Source of the DNA: Cercozoa sp. M6MM
Taxonomy: Eukaryota; Protista; Endomyxa: Ascetosporea
Direction: 5' to 3' (one strand)
NCBI GenBank assembly: GCA_040357565.1
Contig: JBDODJ010000014.1
DNA length: 64,000 bases
Part shown: piece after piece, positions 51,878 to 64,000 of the stretch
Position numbering within the stretch: position 1 is the stretch's first letter
How the letters are laid out: the number at the start of each line of letters is the position of its first letter
Program-made: the position numbers and the translations under genes
The notes under the pieces: model-generated
Seen by the model: only the letters and a program-made list of their open reading frames with translations
Databases searched by the model: none
Told to the model about the DNA's origin: nothing

Positions 51878-54800
51878 GTAGCTTCGGCTACGCCGCTATG
51901 ACGGCACCTGCGACGAACTGTACCTTCCTTACCCCCTTGCCTCTTTAGCCCTTACCCCTTACCCCTGTACCCTCCTGATCGCAGCGAGCACGACCGATGC
52001 TCTAGCGCAGAGTCGTTTTTCGGTACCCCCCTCCCCGTACGTATGAGGTGTGAAACGTGTGCACATGGACAGGGTGGCATGGTTCTGTTCCTGTTCCTGC
52101 ACATTGCCGTCATGGTGTGCGAGCGGTACCTTTTACCTCCCCCTGCCCCGACCCCTGCCCCTCTCCTTACTTCTCTTTCCCCTTACCCCGTACCCCGTAC
52201 CCCGTAGATGGATCTTCCTGCGCAAGTCGCTGGTGGGCAAGACGCTACTGACGGTCTTGACTTTCGTGCTGTTCGCCTCGCTGAGTGTGCTGTCCTGGCC
52301 GGCGTAGGCTCTTCTATCTGTGTGTCCGCGCGGACGGGAACAGATACAATATTATCTGTGCAGTCGCTCGCGTCGACCGCTCTCGCAGAACGGAACCGCG
52401 CAGTTCTTCTTCTTCCTCAAGTTGCTCTACTGGTGGGTTTGCCCCCTCGTTACCCTCCCTTTTACCCCCCCCCCCCCCCTCAACCCACGCAGGACGGTGT
52501 CGCTGTGGCAGCTGCGTGACGGTTACGTTCTGTTCGATCCGCATCGGTAGTTCCCTTTACACCTTCAGTGGGCACGTGTGTGACCGAGTGTATCTGGGCA
52601 GCGATCGTATCACGCGCGGCTTTTCGACGGTGCGCAATGTGGTGTTCATCGCGTACCGCGCGCTGCCCTTCGTGTTCGAGTTGCGCACTCTGCTGGTACA
52701 CTTGGACTGCCTAGTTTCTAGGTGGCAGTAGGTAGTAAAGGCAGGTACTGAGGGGCAGGTGCTGAGAGTATGTCTGTGGTGTGACTGGACAGGACTGGGT
52801 GGCGATGGACACGACACTGGACCTGTGGGAGACCTTCAAGTTAGAGGACGTCTTCGCGTCGATCTACTCGTACACTCACTGACCACGTGGCCAACCAAGT
52901 GAGTGACCACCTGGGCAGGGTCAAGTGCGGTCTGCAGGGTCAAAATCCCGTCGACGACGAGCTGCCGCGCAAGCGGTACAGTTCCTTTGCCCCATTTACC
53001 TCCCTGACCCCATACCCCCCCCCCCCGGACAGAGGCCAGATCCAGACGCAGGTGACCAAGTACACCAACGGCGTGCTCGTGTTCGCCGCACTCATGACGC
53101 TGCTGCTTGGTAGACACGCACTACTGACCACTGGCCACGTGACCACCCACTCCATGTGACAATCGATGTGACCACTCGGTGTGCAGGCCCGCTACTGCTG
53201 TTCAGCACGGCGAACCCTGCGCAGCACGTGAACCCAGTACCCTCCTTTTATCTCATTACCCTCCTTTTACCCCTTACCCTCCTTTTACCCCTTACCCTCC
53301 TTTTACCCCTTCCCCTCCTTTTACCCCCCCCCCCCCTCCGACAGGTGCGAAGCGCGCGCCTGCAGGTTGACATCATCGATCTCAAGCAGTCCTCGCAGGT
53401 CGAGTTGCTGCGCATCTCGTCTGGTACAAACCAGCCTGTCTCCCTCTGTCCATATGGACGGAGTCTGTCCTGGCCCGTGTGTCCATTTGAACCGTTGCTG
53501 GTGTGTAGCCACTCTGATTCGCGAAGCCACGACGGCCGAGAGTTCGCTGCTAGGACGCTATGTACCTTCTTCCTATCTCACTTGACACGTGTCTTTTGTG
53601 TGTGTGACCGCTGGAGTGACCACTTTTGGCACGTGTGTGACCACTGGAGTGACCACTTGGCACGTGAGCAGCACTCGCTGAGTGGTGACAAGCCGGCCTC
53701 GATTCAGCGCACGCAGCTCGTGCAGTCTGACGAGTCGCTTTGGACGGTGCCTTTTACCCCCCCCCCCCCCGTCCTCTTTACCCACCCCCCTCCATGTGAC
53801 AGGTGGCACCGCCAGCACGTGCCGCACTGCTAAACGGTCTTCGAGGCGACGCTGGCGTAGGCTTGCCCCCCCCCCCCATCTTTGCCCTATTGTGTATACT
53901 CGCAGAACGGCATCGATGAGAGCAAGCCGCGACTGCGCTGGACGGTATTTTTCTACTCTTTTCGAGAAAGTAAGAGGGGTAAAATGGGGGGGGGGGGGAG
54001 ATATACATGCAACACAGCTGGCCTTCACGCGCGAGGAACCGGTCGGTTTCGAGACGGTGGACACGCAGGTCGAAATGACGCAGCCTCTGAGTGCCGCGCA
54101 GCGACTTGCACTGGCCGACGTTATCGATCAGGCGCAGACACATGTACCCTCCCTCAGTCAGACAGTCAGTGACCACGTGTATCTCAGTTGGCACGTGTGC
54201 AATCACTGTGTTTGTGTGAGTGACTGCAGGTGCAGGACACGCTGCTGCCTCTGCGCGACGGCAGCGACTGCGACGAGCGGACCGCCTTGCCGCCTGCTGG
54301 TACCTTTGGTCACAGTGGGCACGTGCCAACTGACCCCCAGTTAGCACGTGCCAATGCCCTCACTGATACATACACTCGCAGGCTCGACGTCGGAGAGTGC
54401 GTGGCCGCTGTGGTTCCGACTGCCGGCACATGGCGAACCGTCGCTGCTGACTGCCGGTACACATTTGCACTTGGGTGAACACGTGTCTGTTGGTACCAAG
54501 AGAGACACGTGCGCGCAGGCACTCCGGTGCGGTGCCTACGACTGCGTCTGCAGACTGATGCTGTCGTACCCTCTTGTTCTTACAGGGGTTAAGATGGGGT
54601 AATCAGATGGGGTCACTGTGGTCAGTCGCGTGGTGAGTATTGGACACTTGCGGATGCGTCGACCAGTACAGGCGTTAGTTTCCTGACGGTACCAGTGTGA
54701 TCAATAACTCTGACTGGGTGACCATCCCAAGTGAACACCTTCTGTAGGTGTCGAACGAGGTGCTGTCGTCGTCGCTGTTCGGACTGGCCAACCTCGACGT

Positions 54801-55358
54801 GATCACGCTGTACGTCACCGTTGTTCTCACCGTTGGCCGCTTCCTGCGACAGATGGTGCGTTCACCCTACCTCTTACCCCCTCCCATCCCTTACCACTCT
54901 TGGTGTAGGTGGCGGAGAAGCTGCACCAGATCGTATACGAGGACGTCATGAATGCCGACTTTATCTTCCGTCTGTGCATGGGTTCCTTACATACATAGAT
55001 ATGATATATTATATATATATATGTATATGTGTTAACTCTATGTGCACGGGCAGGCATCTACCTGGCACGCGCTCAACGCGAGTTCCTGCAAGAAGAGCAC
55101 CATTTCCGCATTCTGATTCGCATCTACCGCGACCCGACTCTGCTGCTGCTGCTCACGCGGCGTCGCGACGGCGCAGGTGCCTTACCCTCTTGATATCTCA
55201 TATCTAAACATCCAATGTATCTATATATATTTATATTAGCAGAAGAAGACACGCGCTTCGACGACGCCGACAGCGCCTCGTCGACGGCTGTGCTGTCGAC
55301 GAGTGCTGCCGCCTCGGCCCAACAGCATGACGAGGACTCCAAGAGCGACGACGAATGA
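38022..55358 (+). CDS. PIEZO: Piezo-type mechanosensitive ion channel with inserted ankyrin repeats and PAS-like domain
   Basis: Repeated 4-TM blade units; anchor motif PFVFELRTLL|DWVAMDTTLDLWETFKLEDV (PFEW); outer helix GPLLLFSTANP; inner helix ITLYVTVVLTVGRFLR; CTD GIYLARAQREFLQEEHHFRILIRIYRDPTLLLLLT; stop 55356-55358. Confidence 0.93.
48745..48920. repeat. Imperfect (GT)n repeat in a Piezo intron inside the PAS-coding region
   Basis: Direct inspection. Confidence 0.9.
51216..51876. repeat. Three (GT)n / (GTGTCT)n microsatellites in nearby Piezo introns
   Basis: 51216-51330, 51555-51695, 51811-51876. Confidence 0.9.
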
Positions 55359-56221
55359 AGCGCAACCGAACGGCATCGGAACTAAACTGTGCTCGCGCTC
55401 GCGCTCGGTCAGTTTGCTTCAGTTGAATTACCTCCGCTCTTTTCTGTAGTAGTTTAATCAGCCCTTCCTAAACTGCTGCGTTCCGTCTGTTCAGATTTTG
55501 ATCAAGCTGTATCGGGTGCAACGTCAATGTGTTAAGCTGGCTCAGGTTGAACTCCGATCAATCGTTCGCGCGTGCCCGCTTGAAGATGCTCAGATCGGAG
55601 CAACTCAGATCTTGATTGCGCTCCTTGGAAGTCGTGGGAAGCTCAACTCCGATAGTGCTCTACAATGCTGGTACAATGCTGGTGGTAGGCGCCATTGAGC
55701 GTTGGCTGAAGTTGGCGCAGATGGTTGTGACCAATGCGATGGCCGATTGTTCTGGAGTGCTTGCTGGTCGGGAACAGGTGGGCAGACGGGGATGATTGCG
55801 GGGATGATTGCGTCTCACGTGCGAGTCGTGACACAAAAACGTTGCAACGATGCTGATGATTCACGATCGGGCGATCTCCAGTTCTCTGACAGGCGCTTCG
55901 TGCAATTGCCGCTGCGTCTGGCCTGGTCTGTGCAGGAGCTCCGCCTGCATTCGTGGATCGGTATTCGACCCAACAAGTTCGACTTCATTCCAGTTTTCTG
56001 AGCTCGTGCGTGCGGCAGTGATGCAGAAGGATGATATAACTCTGTCGCGGCTACCTCCATCGGTACGAAATATCGGTATTGACGCCTAGCGCTTCATTCT
56101 CTCGTTTCCGACTCTTCCTTTTAGCAGGACTTGCTCGCTGTCGCTAGTGTCGACTGGTAACTTCTTTAGTGTGTCACTCGGCTCCCAAATTGCTTTGAAC
56201 TCAAGTGTTTATTTTACTTAG

Positions 56222-57173
56222 GGAGGCAGAATCGAGGCGGATTTGCGTCGACCAGCTGCCTGACTTGCTCTCGTCCTCTGACACCGGCGCGAGGAGGATA
56301 CCTCCTCCTCGGCCCAGGGTGCTGGGTGACCATGAGCATACCAGCCGGCTCGTCCAAGGACAGAGTGGTCAGCGAAGCCCATGTGCTGCGCAGCAAAACA
56401 CCAACGCGGACCTCGTGCAGCTACGCAAGCTGACAACGCGCGAGCGCGACGAACTCAAGTACTGTGGCCGACTATCATCACCTCAGTGCGTCGGCTGTAG
56501 AAATATCTCGATTTATGCTTAGTTGATTGATTTGATTCGCTGTATTGGGTGCCTTTTGTTTAGGTTCGCCGGCACCTTGGCTGAGTCGTCCTCGCACTTG
56601 CCGGAGAGGGTGCTAAATCGGTTGCGTGTTTGGTACTGTCCTGCGGTACGTTGTCCCACTGATCTTTTGAGTCAAATCAACCAACTGATCTTTTGAGCTG
56701 CCGATAATGTTTGCGTCCTGTAGCTGCAGAGGTACTACTTTGACTGCGAATGCGAAAAGCGTCGATGCTCGCGAAATCGCTGTGCCATTGTGGTAAGCTG
56801 TTTCAGGCATGTGCGTGTGACCGTGTGTCTGTGTCACCTGGTCGACTGTGCAAAGGCCCACGCGTGTCGACATGATCGTGGCGATGAGTGCCTCACCTGC
56901 AAAGAGTGCTCGAAGACGTTTCCTTCCATCAAGGTAGGTCTGTGTTCCGTCTTTCTTCCCAAGGACACGCAATCAGAGTTGTGTTCTTGGCAGGCACTGA
57001 ACGCGCACTGCAAAAGACACGTCAATGAGCGTCGTCGCCAAGTCGAGCACGGAGCGATCGAGCACTCTGACGAAACAGCTTACTTGCCTGAGCGTAAACA
57101 CTGCTTAAACCTCTGCTGCGGTTGTGTGTTTATAAGAATTTCCGGAGTCTTCGTGACTACTGCACTTTTGTAG
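56222..57173 (+). CDS. C2H2 zinc-finger protein (partial model)
   Basis: LTCKECSKTFPSIK|ALNAHCKRH joined across the GT-AG intron 56933-56993. Start uncertain. Confidence 0.55.
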
Positions 57174-57638
57174 CCACCGACTGTCTGCCAAGCTTGCATA
57201 CCTAATTTCCGTCTTAACCGTCACCTTTTCTGTCTTGGTATCTCTGGATCTGTGGCTTTCAACATTTTTGTCTTGGGTGTGATGTGTGAACTGCGTGCCT
57301 TCAGTTCAGTTTCGAGTTGTTTCGTGCCCGGCTGAAGTTCACTTTGATTGCATCGTAGCCGTCTGAGTGATCGGATCGACTCGACGTAGTTGCACGGCAC
57401 ATTGCACGTGCATTTTGTGTTTGTTTGTTTCCCATGTCAAATATCGTAGAGCGAGCAATATGCTGAGAAGAAACAATAACAGTTGCCATTTACGAGCCGA
57501 AGGAGATCGGCCAGAGAGGGCAAATGACTCGAAACGAAACGCGAGGAAAGGTTTGAGCGAGAACAAAAAAAAACTACAGCTAGCACCTATGCCGTAACAG
57601 CGTGGCGGTCGGTACATGGATGAGCCTGCCGGAGAAGT

Positions 57639-58778
57639 CTACTCGTAGATCCACTGGGCAGTGCAGAGACCGTAGTCGCAGACCTCGTCCTCCTTGAACC
57701 AGAACTCGAGCTCCTTCTTAGCAGAGTCGACACTGTCCGAGCCGTGGATGACTGCAGCACAGACACCCAGTAAAATCACAAGCCATTCAACACAAAGCAG
57801 CAAAAAAACAGGGCAGGGCAAGCTCACTGTTGCGGCCGAGGTCGAGCGCAAAGTCGCCGCGGATGGAGCCGATCGGCGAGGCGAGCGGGTTGGTCTCACC
57901 GAGCAGCTTGCGGCCGGTCTTGATGACGTTCTTGCCCTCGAAGCACATGCACACGATCGGGCCCGACGAGAAGTACTTGGTGAGGCCGGCGAAGAAGGGC
58001 TTATCGGACAGGTCCGAGTAGTGCTGCTGAGCCATCTCGAGCGTCGGCTGCACCATCTTGAGGCCGACGAGCTTGTAGCCCTTCTTCTCAAAGCGAGCGA
58101 TGATCTCGCCAACCAGCTGTCGCTGCACGCCTGTTATCAGCACACACACACGCACATACATCAACAGTGCCTTCCTCACAGAGTATCAGCAACACATACC
58201 ATCCGGCTTGATGGCGATGAAGGTGCGCTCGGCGTTCGTGCCCGCGACACCAGCCAGCGGCACCTCTGAAGCATTTCGGGGTTAGTAGTAACAACGACAT
58301 ACGACAAACAACAGATGGGGTACCCGCGGCCTCAACGACGCCCGACGACACGTTGAGGTTCGGCTTGGTGACGTTGAGGATCTTGTCGTACAGCTCGCGC
58401 TCGCCCTTGAGCGACTCCCACTGCTGCTCGGCATCCCAGATGTGCTTCGGCTTCAGGTTCTCGCGGTCCATCAGCTGCGACACCAGCGTGCCGGCGATGT
58501 GGAACGGCAGGTACAGCGCCACGAAGCCGAAGATCGTGAACGCTGTGCGAGCACAAAAAAAAACAAAATTACATCGCGATCAGAGAACATTTCATAAAAA
58601 AGCCAGCGCGAACACAAAAAGCTAAACGGATCGGAGAAACGCAACAGGCATGTCAGCACCCGAGTGGACCACACTGACATCCCTGCAGCGTCTCTGCAAA
58701 AGAAAAGTTGCACGCAGCGAAGAGGAGCGGCGGTGACTTACGCCGGCGGGTGATGCGGTTGAGCTCAACAATGGGCAT
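57639..58778 (-). CDS. ndk: Nucleoside diphosphate kinase with N-terminal membrane-anchor extension
   Basis: [11 protein letters not shown]|[45 protein letters not shown], catalytic VIHGSDS, C-terminus QWIYE*. Upstream exon with hydrophobic [20 protein letters not shown]. Confidence 0.93.
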
Positions 58779-58944
58779 GACTGTGAATACTCTCGTGCTG
58801 GGCAACACTGTCGAGCGGTGCGCTTGTAGGCCTCAGTTACTTTATATTTGGTCGTTTTGTACAGCTTTGGACACTATATGCAGCTTTTCCAAAAAAGCTG
58901 CAGCCTGTGGGGCGACATCACGTGCCCAAGCGTGTGAACACGAT

Positions 58945-59627
58945 ATGGATTTTCTTTTGGACAGCGAGGCGAGTCGGAAACTGCTTGCAGAGCTTCGATC
59001 GGATGCCAGGAGGTGTGCTGACCAACAAGTCGGTCCAGAGATTCTTCTGTTCATTGTTTGATCGTGTTGGACAGGATAAACTGGACAACACTCGGCAAGA
59101 ACGTTGGCATTCTCCTGTTCTGTCTGCTCGTGCACCGAGTGGCATTCGTGGTCGTTCTGGCAGTAGCGGTGATTAGGCACTTTGAGGCCATCCGGCGGCA
59201 CCCGTGGACACGCGTCGCTCTGTTCCTTGCCGTTGCCGCACTCTACAGTTTCCTCATCTCGGGTGGCATGTACTCCATCATTCGAAAGTCGCCTGCCCTT
59301 CACCGCGATCGCTATGGGGTAGGAACCCTCTCTGTCTATGTGTGTGTCGAACACTGCCATCATGATATTACTTGGACATAGCGCACCAGCTGGCTCGCAC
59401 CGTCCGCACGCGATCAGACCAGCACAGAGGCGCGAGCATTGTCCATGTTGGTGGCTGCTTTGGTGACCTCGCTGCTGGCTCTCTTCTCGAGTCGGCGCGG
59501 CGGCCTGCTGGCATCGCTCGGAGTGCCGGCCGTGGTGCCACTCGCCTCCGTGCTGATCCTGTCGGCGCAGCTCGTGATGACCTACACTCGCAAGCAGCAG
59601 CTGTACCACTACGGCCTGCTTTGGTGA
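58945..59627 (+). CDS. OST3/OST6/OSTC(DC2)-like oligosaccharyltransferase membrane subunit
   Basis: FLISGGMYSIIRKSP, DQTSTE and C-terminus YTRKQQLYHYGLLW* resemble the OST3/6 TM module (SG.M...IR..P ... Q...E ... K...Y.Y). About four TM segments and no thioredoxin domain. Confidence 0.65.
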
Positions 59628-59699
59628 TTTACTTAACGAACTGAATTAATTGTTGAACTGTACTACACACAGTACTGTACAGTAATGCTCTGCCATGAG

Positions 59700-61157
59700 T
59701 CCGACCCGCCCTATCTAGCGTACAGAACCCCCAGCAATAATGATTGGGCCAGGTCGGACAATGGCTAAAGCTCGTCGTGCACGACAACAGCTGCGCGATT
59801 CGGAAGCAGTGACAGCAAGAACTCGATGAGACGCCATAGTTGCCCTCGGAACACTGCAGACACACACGTGCAGGTTTTTTGGAAACATTAAACAAACTAA
59901 AGTACCTCGACGCAGAACGACAGAAAAGCAGCACATGGCAAAGAAGCCAAATGCCAGGAACACCTGTACACAGTTGAGTTGAAGCACCTCTCCATGCGTG
60001 ACACTGTTTTGCTCTGCAGAGTGCTACCAAAGCAGCGTCGGTGAGTCGTCTTCGGTGCAGCTTGTTCACCTTTTTTTGTCCTCGTCGGAGCGAGGTCTGG
60101 CCTTGCTTGAACTCGGCCGCTGCTTGCGACATGGTCCGCGTCGAGTCGCCTACCGGTACACACACACACACACCACACACGTCATACTGCCCCTTCGGAC
60201 GTAGACGATGCGAGTCTACCCAGTGCAGAGGCGGCATCGTGCGACGCGCGAATCTGCTCGTTCATCATGCGCGACACTCTGCGCCAGACGAAACACGAGA
60301 CAAAATTAAAATACTCGAGTCAATGCAAATACCACAAAAAGAAATTGACAGGCAAACGAGACAAGAAAGTACAAGAAATCAGAAAAATACAGAAAATACA
60401 GAAATACAAAAAAAAAACAAATGAATACAAGAAATACAGATGAATACAAGAAAATACAAGAAACTACACGAAACACAAGAAAATACAAGAAATCACAAGA
60501 AACTCAGGAAGATACAAGAAAATTGAGACCTGCGCATGGAAATCGTCAGTTCGCGCGACCGCTGCGCCGCGCGTTTCGCCGAAAAGTTCGCCGTTTTTTC
60601 TGCCGTCTTCGCCGACGAGTCGGAGCCGCCGCGACCGCCGCGCAGCAGTTCCGCGCGGACGTCAGACCGTACATGCGCTTCGTCCGCGCGGTGGTGTCGC
60701 CGGCGGCGCTCTTGCTCCGCGCGGAAGCGTTGTTGCAACCGTTTCACTAACGCCGTTTGCTGTGCAGTCTGTCGTTTCAGACTGCGTTGCATGAGGGGGT
60801 AAGAGGGTGTAAGGGGCAAAATGGGCAAGAGGGGAATAAAAGGGAACAGAGGGGGCGAAGGGGAATAAAAGAGCTCCAGGATACTCCACAAGCTTCTGCT
60901 GTTCGATTTCGCCGGTCGAGAGTTCGTATGCAGCGTCCGCGCGGACGTGCAGCTGCTGCGCACGCTCGGCAAGTGCTCGCAGCAGTGGCGCCAATCGACG
61001 CAGCGAAGAACTGCGGTCGCGTATGTGATCATCCGCGCGGACCTGCTGGCCCAGTGAGTGGTCACTCAGCGCGTCCAACTGCGTGTGGGCACGTGACACA
61101 TCTCCCACGAGCTCGGCCAAGTCCCTAAACAGCGACTTGGCATCTAAACCTGCCATG
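59700..61157 (-). CDS. Hypothetical coiled-coil protein (multi-exon)
   Basis: MAGLDAKSLFRDLAELVGDVSRAHTQLDAL; Arg/Gln/Glu-rich helical exons 60535-60790 and 60890-61050. 3' end uncertain. Confidence 0.45.
60305..60522. repeat. Degenerate AAATACAAGA-type A-rich intronic repeat
   Basis: Reiterated aaatacaaga/aaatacaga units; T-rich on the sense strand of the minus-strand gene. Confidence 0.7.
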
Positions 61158-61328
61158 GACTCGCTCAATTGCAGTTTGTGACACTTGTGCACACAAGTGC
61201 GCCTCTAAGTTCGCTTGTCAACTGGCGATAGCTGGCGCTAAATAATTCTGTATCAAAAACTTCATACTGTACAGGCTATGCATTATCCTGTCAAGGCCGA
61301 GCAGCGACATACTCTCTTCGATGCCAAG

Positions 61329-62641
<1,313 letters not shown>

Positions 62642-62938
62642 CGAGATATTGCTGCTGTATCCTCCCCTAACGACTCTGGCATGAACTCCTGCTTCGCTTC
62701 TACGCCGACTGCCGCGCAAGAAACGCAAACCTCATTTCAAGGAATGCGACACTGACTTGTACTGTACGGCGGACCGGTAAACTTCACAAGCAACGTGAGT
62801 TTACTGATCATTTGTTCTTCGATCGGTCCAGTTTGTCCATCCAGGACCAACGACAATCATGTTAAGGGTGCGACAAGGAATTATGTGCGAGAGACTCGGC
62901 AAAGCAATTAGTAGTTTAGGACAGTGCCGAGGCAGGAC

Positions 62939-64000
62939 ATGCGATTGTTGGGTAGTGTTCTGGCTCTCGTGGGCGCCGCCCAAGCGGCAACAACACAGAA
63001 GACGCTGAGCGCAGTGATCGCCGGCACAAAGGATGCTTTTGTGACGGCGTTGCCGCAGGCTTTGTGTGACATGCCAACGTTGTCCGAAATCTCAGTCAGA
63101 GGTGCACTTCTTATGTTTGACGTTTTGTTGAAAGCTGGAGAAACGCTGCAGTTGACGAGTGCGGTATTTGGTTTAAACTTGATGTCGTAGCCAATCGACT
63201 GACTTCGCACAAGTTCGCGCACGCAGGTGACGAAGTCGGCAAGATCATTGCCACCACGTGAGTTTTGGCTTAGTTTTCACCTTTAGCTTGTTACAAGCTT
63301 CCTTAAATCTTTGCTTTCATTCTTGAGTTTTCATTCTTGAGTTTTCATTCTTGAGTTTTCATGCTTGAGTTTTCATTTCATGAAAGCAGCGCGGGCCAGG
63401 AGCCGCGACTCTTTGGCGTGCTCGTGCAGGACGGCGTCGAGTCTTTGGACAAGCTCGTGGTGCCGGCGGCGCTGAGCGACCTGCGCTGCCAGGCGACTTT
63501 TGATGAGGAGGACCTCAAGCTGGCCGATGTGCGCGATGCTCTTCGCGTGGCACGTCGACGCAACGCGGCCTCCATCGTGGGTGCCGGCGACGTCGCCTTC
63601 GCCCGTGAGGCGCGCGCTTCGCCGCGCATTGTTGACGACTCAGCCCACTACGACAAGGTGGCGCCCACCTTTGCCGCCACCGCTGCCGGTCGCGATTCCG
63701 ACGTAGCTTTCTCTCTGCCTTGACTGAGGGGGGCTGCTTGTATCATGCTGCTTGACAGATGGTGCACAGCATCGACTACCGTGCTAGCAACGGCGAGGAT
63801 GTGCACAGCAAGCAGACGACCACGCAGGTGGACACGCGACTGCAGGCGGCGGCACTGCCGGTGACTGTGACCATCACGGACGGCAAGGTGGTTGTCAACA
63901 ACGGCACTGTTTCGAGCACGCCAATGCAGCGCTCGCTGTTGGCACCCTTCCTCGCCGAGGTTTCTGCGGCGTACCTTCTCTGCTTTGCTTTGGATTCACA
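62939..64000 (+). CDS. Hypothetical secreted protein (runs off window)
   Basis: Signal-peptide-like MRLLGSVLALVGAAQAA; GC-rich coding exons 63390-63702 and 63759-63959 flanked by GT-AG. Confidence 0.5.
63316..63378. repeat. 15-bp tandem repeat (TTTCATTCTTGAGTT) x4, intronic
   Basis: Direct inspection. Confidence 0.9.

Noticed and set aside
55400-56200. ORFs on both strands downstream of Piezo, and MGNKQT.. myristoylation-like start at ~57435
   Set aside because: No consistent spliced model or homology signal, and the strand is unresolved.

Overview
Gene-dense, very intron-rich eukaryotic (protist-like) genomic DNA, not prokaryotic. The ORF track is fragmented because genes are split by short (mostly ~50-100 nt) GT-AG introns, so I spliced the genes by hand and exon boundaries are approximate unless stated. 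Recognisable genes: glycine cleavage T protein, a severin/gelsolin-like protein, a fused glutaminase+synthetase carbamoyl-phosphate synthetase (mostly hidden in a 100-N gap), a GET2/CAML-like receptor, a divergent Arf-like GTPase, a histidine phosphatase, REX4 exonuclease, a ~17 kb Piezo channel, a C2H2 finger protein, nucleoside diphosphate kinase, an OST3/OST6/OSTC-like subunit, an ankyrin protein, two paralogous secreted Cys-rich proteins and several hypotheticals. Four things stand out. (1) The Piezo channel carries in-frame ankyrin repeats and a PAS/PAC-like sensory domain. (2) One spliced ORF joins a SUMO-interacting motif, chromodomain, TPKK repeats, AT-hook and an intact class II-like HDAC, resembling a one-chain heterochromatin-silencing complex. 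(3) A membrane-anchored His-Me-finger (HNH-like) protein resembles bacterial Rhs toxin tips. (4) The introns have near-absent 5' splice-site consensus and many are built from reiterated, strand-biased TTACCC / GTGACCAC / TGGAC motifs. No rRNA, tRNA, CRISPR array or transposon was recognised.
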